Positions 54,192-62,725 of a DNA stretch of 64,000 nucleotides are shown one piece after another (the first letter of the stretch is position 1; the number at the start of each line of letters is the position of its first letter). Source of the DNA: Escherichia coli (lineage in GTDB: Bacteria; Pseudomonadota; Gammaproteobacteria; Enterobacterales; Enterobacteriaceae); the NCBI RefSeq assembly GCF_041248615.1, contig NZ_CP158426.1; one strand, written 5' to 3'. The notes beneath the pieces were generated by a model. The model was not told where the DNA came from, did not search any database, and worked only from the letters and a program-made list of their open reading frames with translations. A program made the position numbers and the translations under genes.

Positions 54192-56948
54192 TCATTCTTC
54201 AGATGAGTTATAATCTCCTGGCTGGTAATTGAGTACATAAACGTTTATTTGTCGTCCCTGAATACGTGGTGATTTTCTTTGGTATCCACGACCGCTGTTT
54301 GGTGGGGTTAGCATCCCGGCTTTTTTCAACACTTCAGCAAACTGTTTTGCGTTGAAACCACATGCGATCTCCTTTTCAAATGTGGCCGGGAATGTGTAGA
54401 AAATCATTGGGCTTTCGTCATGTTCTCCACGCTGACGGTATCCGGCTAAATCTTTGATGGGCAAATCTGCCGGGCTGTATGGAAATGGTGCAAAACGGCT
54501 AAGCCCATAGGCATTAAGAAATGCCTCCGTTTGTTCAATAATCTGCTGATGCTCTTTGTTACCTGTGCCGAACTCGCGCAACCATGCGTTATAGCTGTGC
54601 TGTATCGCATCACGGCATGTCTGAGCATCCCAGCCTGTTACAACCTCGCCTAACAACAATGCGGCCTCCAGAATGGCAAATCGCGCGGCTACACGGTGAA
54701 CCTGCTCACCATAATCGGATGGGATCAGGCTTCTCCATCTGCTTTCGCAGTCACGAACGGTTTTAATAGCCTGTTGCTGGTGGTCTGCCAGCCATTTAAT
54801 CCACTCACGCCCGGACGCGCCGTGGTGATGCTGGTAAGCGTCTTTCAGTGCGTCTGCGTGCTGTTTTCCGTTCTGGTAATCGTGAAAGCGTACTGCTTTA
54901 CTCAACGGAATATTCAGCAGTCGCACCAGTTGCCCGGCTTTGGTTTTTCGCCCGGAAGTAGCGATAAATGTTTCTAAATCCATTTCTCCGGTGCTGATTG
55001 CCACTGTACGCCAGCGTTTTAGATCCCGGTTTCCACCATCTTTAGCGCCTTGCAGTTTCCCTACACCGTTAAATAACGCATAGGCAGACTGTGAAACGCT
55101 GACAGGATCAGCGCCCTGACCAACTTCATCAAGCGGCATTAGTCCGTCATTGTGGGCGGCGGCCTCATTTGCCAGCCCCAGCGCGGTTCCGTACCACGTC
55201 AGCCGCAGTAAATCAGGGTTGCCGTATAAGCTGCTCGCCACGTTTGCCGTGGTGGTCTTACCTGCGCTCGACTGCTCATAGAAATGAATGCCGAACCCGT
55301 CAGCGCCCACCAGCCCAATCAATGGCGCTGCCAGTGCTGCGCCGATCCCGGTCATCATTGAATAGTTACCAAAGGCCAGACGCGCCACGTTATCACGCCA
55401 GCTTTTCGCGCTCCCTGAGACGGTATATCCGGCTGCGGCTGAGCTTCTCCCGCTGAACAGCACAGGATTTTCAGGTGTTCCGATGATTTCCCCATCAGGC
55501 ATGATGTACGCTCCGCATTGCCAGCCAGTGGCATGAGCAACACGCCACAATTCACGAGAGCCACTGCGTTGTAGCCAGTCTGCCAGTATTGCTCTGAGGC
55601 TGCTTTTGGTCGTGACATTTACCCCACCAGCTTTAAGTGTGCGCCATCCTTCACGTTCACCAATATCAGCCAGTGGAATGGCAGCGGTTGTCGGCGTTTC
55701 AGAACCAAACGACAGCCAGCGAAGAATGAGATACTGGTCTTTATCGTCTCTGCCAGTACCGATAACGCTTAACGGAGAACATAACCAGCTTTCGTTATTG
55801 ATGATTTCTCCACTCTGGCTGTCAGCTCTCGGAGATACCCAATAAATACCATCCTCGCGGCTTTCTATTCTTGGTTTCAGTGGATCGGTATCCATAACCT
55901 TAAAATCGCTTCCCTCAATGGTCTGTGGCTCCTGTTTCACGCCATTACCCTGTGGTTGGTACATTGACTTATTGAACGCTTCTGTGGCGCATTTAATGCC
56001 GTGTTTTTGGTGGTAATCATTCCAGTCTGCTTTGTGATCTGTCGGGGGTAATGCCACCCATCCAGAAACAGATAAAGCTGCTTTTTCTGCTGCTATTCTC
56101 CCCGTGTTTTGTCTTCCTTCGCTGTGGTCGTTATCCGCAGCAATGATGATTTGTGCTGAAGGAAATTTATCCCGCAGTACCTGGGCGACATATAACAGGT
56201 TCCCGGCATCAATCGCCGCCACTGTCAGCGCCTCTGGACGAATTAAATGGGCAGATAATGCCGTTGCCAGCCCTTCTGCGATTAAGATGCTCTGTGTTGT
56301 TTCTGGTGCGTTTATGGCGTGATATGCCCCCCGCTTTGCTGAACCTGTCAGGAGTCTTTTTTCACCATGTGAGGTAATAGTCTGTGCTGCTGTGACTGCG
56401 CCGGATTTATCCACCAGCGCCAGCAACAGAGATCCATCGGGCAACACGGGGAATGTAAAATCACCTACCCCTTTCGCAACCAGATAATCAGATTTGCCGT
56501 TTACAGCCTTTCTGCGCATGTCATCAAACTGACGGGAAAACGTATCCCGTCTTTGTTGTTCGTCCTTCTCTGCCCTTTTCAGGCGCTCCTGTTCGCGTCG
56601 CTGGCGCTCGGTTTCCAGTTGTTCCCGTTTCTGGCTGGTGGCTTCTGGTGTTTCCGTTGTCCGGTAATCAATACCCAGAACATCAGCGGCAAGAAGCGCC
56701 GCCTCTGTTGTGTCGCAGTTATTTACGCGTTTAATTAAATCCAGCCCATCACCAGCGCCGCACTGATTACAGATGAAGCTACCGCGCCCGTTGTCATCGA
56801 ACCGGAATCGATCTTTGCCCCCACATGCAGGGCAGGGAGCATGACGGCGCGGAGAGTCAGGGACATTTATGTTCAGGCAGCCCAGCACATGAGGCCAGTT
56901 GTTTTCAGACGCACTGATAACCTGACGGATAAGATCAATGTTTCGCAT
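54192..56948 (-). CDS. primase/helicase of the integrative element (zinc-ribbon + TOPRIM + P-loop NTPase)
   Basis: About 918 aa from ATG at 56948; CPACGGKDRF…CNQCG zinc ribbon, TOPRIM-like IIIAADNDHSEGRQ, Walker A YEQSSAGKTT; iterons directly downstream. Confidence 0.8.
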   Translation of the reverse strand: MRNIDLIRQVISASENNWPHVLGCLNINVPDSPRRHAPCPACGGKDRFRFDDNGRGSFICNQCGAGDGLDLIKRVNNCDTTEAALLAADVLGIDYRTTETPEATSQKREQLETERQRREQERLKRAEKDEQQRRDTFSRQFDDMRRKAVNGKSDYLVAKGVGDFTFPVLPDGSLLLALVDKSGAVTAAQTITSHGEKRLLTGSAKRGAYHAINAPETTQSILIAEGLATALSAHLIRPEALTVAAIDAGNLLYVAQVLRDKFPSAQIIIAADNDHSEGRQNTGRIAAEKAALSVSGWVALPPTDHKADWNDYHQKHGIKCATEAFNKSMYQPQGNGVKQEPQTIEGSDFKVMDTDPLKPRIESREDGIYWVSPRADSQSGEIINNESWLCSPLSVIGTGRDDKDQYLILRWLSFGSETPTTAAIPLADIGEREGWRTLKAGGVNVTTKSSLRAILADWLQRSGSRELWRVAHATGWQCGAYIMPDGEIIGTPENPVLFSGRSSAAAGYTVSGSAKSWRDNVARLAFGNYSMMTGIGAALAAPLIGLVGADGFGIHFYEQSSAGKTTTANVASSLYGNPDLLRLTWYGTALGLANEAAAHNDGLMPLDEVGQGADPVSVSQSAYALFNGVGKLQGAKDGGNRDLKRWRTVAISTGEMDLETFIATSGRKTKAGQLVRLLNIPLSKAVRFHDYQNGKQHADALKDAYQHHHGASGREWIKWLADHQQQAIKTVRDCESRWRSLIPSDYGEQVHRVAARFAILEAALLLGEVVTGWDAQTCRDAIQHSYNAWLREFGTGNKEHQQIIEQTEAFLNAYGLSRFAPFPYSPADLPIKDLAGYRQRGEHDESPMIFYTFPATFEKEIACGFNAKQFAEVLKKAGMLTPPNSGRGYQRKSPRIQGRQINVYVLNYQPGDYNSSEE

Positions 56949-57306
56949 CACCGTACCCCACGTGGTCTATAGCGTTTGCGATATGGCTAACCAGCATCTG
57001 CCACTTGGTTATTCCGTAATCAGTCAGCATGCCATCATTGTTTAGCCACATATCAAATTCAGCGGTTGTCGCAAGTTTCCACTTATCGCCGTGGACAGTC
57101 CTCATTGCTGGGTACATGAATGCGCAAATCAGATCACAAACATCTGACGGCTTCAGAGATGTAGTAATGGTGCGTCCCTCTGGCGTCTGAATTGCCATTT
57201 TCTCTTCACCAGTAGAATGAAGGTTATGAATCCACACAGCACCAGCAATCTTTGCCACCTGCTCTCCGATTGCGGAGCTAAGCGCCATTTCTGCATTTTC
57301 ACGCAT
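56935..57306 (-). CDS. hypothetical small protein
   Basis: 123-aa ORF overlapping the primase start and the upstream ORF end. Confidence 0.4.
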   Translation of the reverse strand: MRENAEMALSSAIGEQVAKIAGAVWIHNLHSTGEEKMAIQTPEGRTITTSLKPSDVCDLICAFMYPAMRTVHGDKWKLATTAEFDMWLNNDGMLTDYGITKWQMLVSHIANAIDHVGYGDAKH

Positions 57307-57640
57307 GAGAACCTCCCGCTACAGTTGCGCCCATGTCATTAACCATGCTTTGCCATATCTCACGCCCGACGTCAGTCAATCCGTCCTTAGTGACGCAACG
57401 CTCAAGAAGCTCGATCCCCACGGTTTCCCACTGCGGGTAGAACACTTTCATGGCTGCCAGTGTGTAGCTATCGATCAGGCTGCGAACGCCTTTTACTCCA
57501 TTGACGATTTCCACACGTACGGCCTCGCCGTCCGCATCAACCATGAAATAGTCCCCGCCGCTGGTGGAGGTAATGTGGTTATACAGTGCCGACGCATACT
57601 TATTTGCCAGCGCATTCAGTCGGAAATTTTTAGTAATCAT
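57299..57640 (-). CDS. hypothetical small protein
   Basis: 113-aa ORF in the same overlapping chain. Confidence 0.4.
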   Translation of the reverse strand: MITKNFRLNALANKYASALYNHITSTSGGDYFMVDADGEAVRVEIVNGVKGVRSLIDSYTLAAMKVFYPQWETVGIELLERCVTKDGLTDVGREIWQSMVNDMGATVAGGSHA

Positions 57641-57650
57641 GGCTCCATCC

Positions 57651-58253
57651 TCAGTGCGTCACTGGTTCCGCTGGCATGCCGTTTTCATTCAGTTCAGCTA
57701 TAAAGCTGTTGTGAAGTTCAGCAAGCGTTTCACGACCAAATGGAGTCAGTGCTCCTTGTTCCACATCCATCATGGCTCTGTAGAAAATGATGGCGCGTTC
57801 TGTGCCAGACTCGATGCCAAAACGTTCTATCATCGCGCCCTCAATGTTGTTTGCCATAGCGAGGCGCTCTGCTACTGGATACAGCGGCATGGCGACGATG
57901 CCGTTGGAATAAACAGCCACTTCGGAAGGATTGCCAGTATCATCAATGATGCTGACAGTGCCGTTTTCCTCTCTCATTTCCAGCATGAATACTGTTGCGA
58001 TCAGCCATCTCCACATAATGACGTTATGCTGTGATGTGTAATCGAAATATCCCTGGTTGCCGCCATCGGCTATAGCGAGATGTATTGACATGCCTTCATC
58101 TGGTTTATCGTCATAATCCCCGGCATCCAGACGATTTACGGCATCAATATATGAGACGGTCTCAACGCGTTCTGTCATGCCATCGTTGCTGCGGTGCATG
58201 ATGTTTACGCCGTCAGGCGTTGCTTCTGCATGGAAGGTTAAGAAATTATTCAT
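57651..58253 (-). CDS. hypothetical protein
   Basis: About 200 aa from the internal ATG (MNNFLTFHAEATPDGV…), whose start overlaps the stop of the upstream ORF; the longer 235-aa frame is probably an over-extension. Confidence 0.4.
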   Translation of the reverse strand: MNNFLTFHAEATPDGVNIMHRSNDGMTERVETVSYIDAVNRLDAGDYDDKPDEGMSIHLAIADGGNQGYFDYTSQHNVIMWRWLIATVFMLEMREENGTVSIIDDTGNPSEVAVYSNGIVAMPLYPVAERLAMANNIEGAMIERFGIESGTERAIIFYRAMMDVEQGALTPFGRETLAELHNSFIAELNENGMPAEPVTH

Positions 58254-58467
58254 GTTTCGCCTCGCCTGAATGATTCTGTAACTCATATTTGCCCAACAAT
58301 TCGTCCGCTTCCTGAATAGCTTCTGGTACGCCATTGAGCAGTGACATAACCGCGCCAATCATTAACTTGTCTCTGTTGCTGGGGCTGGCCCCTTCAAGCC
58401 AGAACCCTAAAACAGTCTGAACCTGTTCGATGCGACATTGCGCTTCAATGAGCTGGATGTTGGTCAT
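58246..58467 (-). CDS. hypothetical small protein
   Basis: 73 aa; overlaps both neighbours. Confidence 0.4.
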   Translation of the reverse strand: MTNIQLIEAQCRIEQVQTVLGFWLEGASPSNRDKLMIGAVMSLLNGVPEAIQEADELLGKYELQNHSGEAKHE

Positions 58468-58727
58468 TTCGCACTCTCCACATCGATTAAACTGATATCT
58501 ATCAGGGAGGTAACTTTTTGTAGCCAGCTATTGATTACTGTCGCCTGCTCCCCTCCCACCGAGGGAATAATCTCATTCATCACATGAACCAGACCTGTGC
58601 GCGCTCTGGTAAGCCGTTCAGTCGCGCAATCTGCGGGAGTGAATGTGTCTGGATATGGCTCTTCACTCCCCAGCAATGATTCAATTTCCAGCTCACACGG
58701 ATGACGATAAATTAAGTTGATATTCAT
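58464..58727 (-). CDS. hypothetical small protein
   Basis: 87 aa; 4-bp overlaps. Confidence 0.4.
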   Translation of the reverse strand: MNINLIYRHPCELEIESLLGSEEPYPDTFTPADCATERLTRARTGLVHVMNEIIPSVGGEQATVINSWLQKVTSLIDISLIDVESAK

Positions 58728-58918
58728 TTTTCACCCCCAAGAATTACCAGCTCTGCACGGGCATCGTTAACCAAAGATGAGCACGCTTTAATCGCATCCA
58801 CGACATCAGTAGCGTCCATTTCTTCAGCCGAAAGACTGACAGCAACCAGGACAGCCGCTGCTTGCTCGATTAATTGAAGTGCGGACGTAAGGCGAGGGGT
58901 ATTAATTGAGTTATTCAT
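58724..58918 (-). CDS. hypothetical small protein
   Basis: 64 aa; 4-bp overlaps. Confidence 0.35.
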   Translation of the reverse strand: MNNSINTPRLTSALQLIEQAAAVLVAVSLSAEEMDATDVVDAIKACSSLVNDARAELVILGGEK

Positions 58919-59126
58919 TGGTTGCCCCCGTTTTTACTGGCATTTCGCCACCTTCCAGCAGGAAATGAACGTCACGAACGGCGAGATCCAATATCGCGAG
59001 TAACGCCTTCAGTTTTTCGTCTCGTGAGGGAGAGTTGCTCACCAGAATGTCATTAATCACTTCTGTCAGTGTGATGATCTGGCTTGTGCGTTCGAGGGGG
59101 TCCATATGCACATCGTAGGTTTTAAT
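58911..59126 (-). CDS. hypothetical small protein (C-terminal part of the tracked 342-aa ORF)
   Basis: Internal ATG gives MIKTYDVHMDPLERTSQIITLTEVINDILVS…, a plausible 71-aa protein; the upstream part of the long frame looks like out-of-frame translation of a structured GC-rich region. Confidence 0.35.
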   Translation of the reverse strand: MKTYDVHMDPLERTSQIITLTEVINDILVSNSPSRDEKLKALLAILDLAVRDVHFLLEGGEMPVKTGATNE

Positions 59127-59329
59127 CATGTGCCACCTCCATGCGGATACGACCAGCAAAAAAGCAGACGTGATCGCGCACCAGAGAACGGCGAGCATCG
59201 CGTTCAGACTCGGCAGCAATATGATGAATTTTGGCGGTAATTGTCGGGCAATCGCGGCGAACTGCGGCGATAATCCAGATAAATTGCGGTTTTTGGGTAG
59301 GGGTAGTAGCCAGCATGTGGCAGCCTCCT

Positions 59330-59610
59330 TGATTGATGGTTTATAGCCACCGCCGGAGGTCCTAAGCTCGCTGGCGGTGGACTGTACAGGGTTAGGACTA
59401 CTGGCAATCAAGGAAACCAGCCTGACCGAAGTCAGCCCCATACAGCCCACCATTGATAAGGTGTGCGTGTGCGCCGATACAAAAAAAGACGCTGGCGCGT
59501 CATGTATCGCCTCGATTGCCTGCGGGGTCCTAATCCCGGCACCCGTTTTATGAGGTGCCTTATAACCATAAACCGTGTTGCCGCATAACGGCAAGCTCTT
59601 TTTTATGGAC
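59330..59610 (+). ncRNA. candidate structured RNA / immunity-type region (C4- or P4 CI-like antisense RNA?), ending in a plus-strand terminator
   Basis: GC-rich segment with hairpins (CCACCGCC…GGCGGTGG), two copies of GGTCCTAA, long-range complement CCTTGATTG/CAATCAAGG, and a hairpin plus T-run at 59577-59606; sits inside an otherwise minus-strand gene chain. Confidence 0.3.
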
Positions 59611-59932
59611 TCCGAAAACTCACTATTGGAAGAACCAGATGCACAATACATCGCGCTCATTTCGTTAACGTCACGCGCATGGACGAAGGTTTTTGTGGAG
59701 TCACTACGCGAGAAGAGAAAGCCATCTACGACCAGAAATTCTCTGGCGCAGCCGCTGACCTTCTCAACGCTAACACCATCGACCGTAATTTCTGACATGG
59801 TTAAGGCATCCGCTCCTACCACCAGCAAATGACAAACTTTGCTTGTATCTGCTGTATTAATGCCTGACTTTGCTGTCATATTGCTGGATTTTGGCGACAT
59901 ACCAGCCAGTGAAAATATCTTCTTCTGGACGG

Positions 59933-60115
59933 TTAGCATTTGTTAACCTCCGCGAACTCCTTCATGAAGCGCGCCAGCGGTTGTACGCATGGCGATTGAT
60001 ACCCGTCGCGATAAAACGTCACTCGGTTGTGAGACACGCTTTCGACAGTAACGAGTGCTCCGTGGGCATCTTTGTAGCGTTTTTGTGGTTGTGGTATTCC
60101 TGTTGGCTTAGACAT
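59933..60115 (-). CDS. small phage protein (DUF4222-like, tentative)
   Basis: 60 aa from the internal ATG: MSKPTGIPQPQKRYKDAHGALVTVESVSHNRVTFYRDGYQSPCVQPLARFMKEFAEVNKC. Confidence 0.4.
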   Translation of the reverse strand: MSKPTGIPQPQKRYKDAHGALVTVESVSHNRVTFYRDGYQSPCVQPLARFMKEFAEVNKC

Positions 60116-60941
60116 TGAGCGCCTCCAGACGCTTGGCGAGCCAGCGTTGCGACAGGTGGGTGAGTTCTCCTTTGCGCTGCTCATATTCCATGCCCATATC
60201 AATTAACGTGATATTGGTGCTTTCGAGATATGAGAGGTGCTCAAGCTGTTCTGCGTTCATATGGTCGCGAGGTTCGCCAGAATAGCCATTTATCCGCGCC
60301 CACTGCTTAGCAGTTAGCCCTCCAAGAACGATACGAGAAATCATATTGCTCTCGTTTGTGTAGTGGTGTTGCTGCGTCGTTTTCCCCTGCTCGGCACGGG
60401 CCATATTCAGCGCATCGCACATTGGCTTAAAGTTGTTTGCGGCACTGATACGGGCTTTTAGCTGGCGACGATAGCGGGCGGCGATTTCAGGCACGCTACG
60501 CTGTAATTCTTCCTCGCACTGGATGAAATAACGACGGATAGCGCGACCCTGATCATTGCGTTCGATCATTGCCAGTTCTTTCGCCATTCCGACACTTAAC
60601 AGATAGTCTTTGCCGGGTCTGCCAGACTGCTTAATCTTGCTGTAAGCCGCGCCATTCGGGCTTTTCCCCAAATTTGGGGAAATTGTTTTATGGACTGAGT
60701 AATCGTGCCCAATGGTGAAGTCATATTCAGAGATGCGATCAGTGATCCATGTAGAGAAGTCTTTTCCCACGCCCAACGCTTTGTGTAACGCTTTTGCGCT
60801 AACAATATTGGTTTCACGCCCACCGATGTGACCAGGAATAACCGGGACAATTGCGGCAAATTCATTACCGTTAATTGTGCCCAGAGAGGCGTTCAGATGA
60901 GGGGCGGCCTCAGAAATTAATCTGCTTTTTTCGATGTTCAT
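60108..60941 (-). CDS. phage antirepressor-like protein (AntA-type N-terminus, KilAC-type C-terminal region)
   Basis: 277 aa; N-terminal block …NIVSAKALHKALGVGKDFSTWITDRISEYDFTIGHDY…; central …LLSVGMAKELAMIERNDQGRAIRRYFIQCEE… Domain names from memory. Confidence 0.55.
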   Translation of the reverse strand: MNIEKSRLISEAAPHLNASLGTINGNEFAAIVPVIPGHIGGRETNIVSAKALHKALGVGKDFSTWITDRISEYDFTIGHDYSVHKTISPNLGKSPNGAAYSKIKQSGRPGKDYLLSVGMAKELAMIERNDQGRAIRRYFIQCEEELQRSVPEIAARYRRQLKARISAANNFKPMCDALNMARAEQGKTTQQHHYTNESNMISRIVLGGLTAKQWARINGYSGEPRDHMNAEQLEHLSYLESTNITLIDMGMEYEQRKGELTHLSQRWLAKRLEALNV

Positions 60942-60953
60942 TTTCAGTCTCCG

Positions 60954-61385
60954 TTAGGCGGCGTTAAACGCGTCCGGGTAGAGTTTCAGAATGTCGGCAA
61001 TTTCCTGCTGAGAAAGTCCGTTGTGATCATTTATGTTCGCAAGATGGTTAACATGAGTGATCACTTTCAGAACATCACCACGGCAGGAGAAACGGTAGCG
61101 AAGGTGTGTTCCGATACCATCAGGATTCTTTTCGTCGATACGCTCCAGAGTGATTCCAAGCTGGCGTTCTAACTCTGTTGCATAGTTACGACCAGAAGAC
61201 AGACGGCAGTAGCGAAGAATGTCATTTTCTGTCCATCCCTCTATACCAGTACGCAGCATATAGACTCGGGCACGATGCTTTTTCGGTGTGCGCTTTGGTG
61301 CTTGAAGGGATTTTGTAAGGGGCGTAATATCAGATACGCGAATATCTGAATTAGCCGCCTGTAATGGGCGGTTTTTCTTTTCCAT
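60954..61385 (-). CDS. hypothetical protein
   Basis: 143 aa, immediately upstream of the antirepressor-like gene. Confidence 0.4.
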   Translation of the reverse strand: MEKKNRPLQAANSDIRVSDITPLTKSLQAPKRTPKKHRARVYMLRTGIEGWTENDILRYCRLSSGRNYATELERQLGITLERIDEKNPDGIGTHLRYRFSCRGDVLKVITHVNHLANINDHNGLSQQEIADILKLYPDAFNAA

Positions 61386-61603
61386 CAGGCCACCTTCCCG
61401 CGGCGTTCTGCCAGCCAGTTATTAATTTCCACCGCATCAAACGCAGTCACGTTATCTGTTAGCTTCACTGGGCGTGGAAGAGTGCCATTTTTAACCCATC
61501 TATCAATAGTAGGCAGTGAAACACCTAGCAATTCCGGCATGCGAAAGCGACGGATGTATCCAGTTGTTGGGATAGCTGATGATGCTGGCTTGTGTGCTGT
61601 CAT
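61385..61603 (-). CDS. AlpA-family (HTH_17) regulator/excisionase-like protein
   Basis: 72 aa, ATG start; …GYIRRFRMPELLGVSLPTIDRWVKNGTLPRPVKLTDNVTAFDAVEINNWLAERR fits the AlpA pattern. Confidence 0.6.
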   Translation of the reverse strand: MTAHKPASSAIPTTGYIRRFRMPELLGVSLPTIDRWVKNGTLPRPVKLTDNVTAFDAVEINNWLAERRGKVA

Positions 61604-61639
61604 ATCTCTAGTAACCTCTCTGATAGCTCATGAAGTTAC

Positions 61640-61940
61640 TTAAAGTTTAGTGGTTGCCCATACAGTATTTCTATTAAGACTAGAATCTATTGAAAGAAAT
61701 TATAAATCTATTGAAAAAATACCGATCCACTGAAAGATTGCAAATGCAGGTGGGATAATTATTTTCTTTATTTTCAATTAGTTACCAGTTTAAAAAATCA
61801 TTGTTTTATCAAAGAGTTATATCTTTCATCGTCATTCATCATGTTTTTACATTTCTTTTTATCTTTTATTATTCAATTGGTTGAGTCGGTTTATAATGGC
61901 TCATGATGGCTTAAAATGGCTAATGATAGCTGGCGTATCT
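61640..61940. promoter_or_regulatory. AT-rich control region with short direct repeats upstream of the AlpA-like gene
   Basis: Repeats of TCTATTGAAA (x2, plus CCACTGAAAG) near 61680-61740 and AATGGCT (x3) near 61895-61935. Confidence 0.35.
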
Positions 61941-62074
61941 TTTAGAGATGGGGTGATTACAGATGAACTAAGCCGAACAGATATAGCAATGGCTAGGCAT
62001 AGAATTATCTATGCTGGTGGAGATGGGTAAACAGGTAATGCCCCGCCATTGCTTTGGAGGGGCGTGAAAAGTGA

Positions 62075-62725
62075 TTAGTCGAGATCGTGGACAGCTAATA
62101 AAGCCCGTGAGATTTTTTCTAGGAATGTGGCTTTTGCTATTCCTTTATGGGATATCCCTTCATCCTTGATTAAGGTTTCTATGTCACGGTATATAGCTGT
62201 GCGATTAGGTTTCCCATTTTGGATGTAGGAAGATGAGCCTGATTTTTTTATCAGCAGATGTACTATCAACCCCATCATTTTCATTGTCCCGTTTTCCTCA
62301 TCCTGCTTTCTATGCTGCCCACGTCCGCTGCGGTTGGTTTCTTTGATGTAGTTTACTAACTGGAGTCCTCCAAGGTTTCGGGCTTTTTCTTCCCAGCCCT
62401 TGGTGCCACGCAAATCATCAATCGCTTCTGATATTTTCTGAACAATTATTTCTGGTGTATTTGTGTCAATAAATGGGTAAGAAGCTAAGAAAATATCAAG
62501 GGCATGGCAAGGCTCGTCTTTACTAGTTTTTTCACCTCTGTACACCTTGATAGCTCTGGCAAGATGAGTTCTGACAAAATCGACATATTCGAAATTTTCC
62601 TCAGGCACATCGCTAATGCGCATAGATGGGTTTAGGCCAGCCAAGGCCACAGCCATTTCATGAGGGGTAATCGATACAGATGAACAAAGCCGTTCGATTG
62701 GCGATTTTCTCAAGATGTTGTTCAC
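62075..62725 (-). CDS. hypothetical cargo protein directly downstream of the integrase
   Basis: 216-aa ORF whose GTG start overlaps the integrase stop (GTGA); no recognisable domain. Confidence 0.4.
   Translation of the reverse strand: MNNILRKSPIERLCSSVSITPHEMAVALAGLNPSMRISDVPEENFEYVDFVRTHLARAIKVYRGEKTSKDEPCHALDIFLASYPFIDTNTPEIIVQKISEAIDDLRGTKGWEEKARNLGGLQLVNYIKETNRSGRGQHRKQDEENGTMKMMGLIVHLLIKKSGSSSYIQNGKPNRTAIYRDIETLIKDEGISHKGIAKATFLEKISRALLAVHDLD

Noticed and set aside
58911-59939. 342-aa minus-strand ORF as a single gene
   Set aside because: Its middle third is low-complexity translation of the GC-rich structured segment; more likely a short gene at each end with a non-coding region between.
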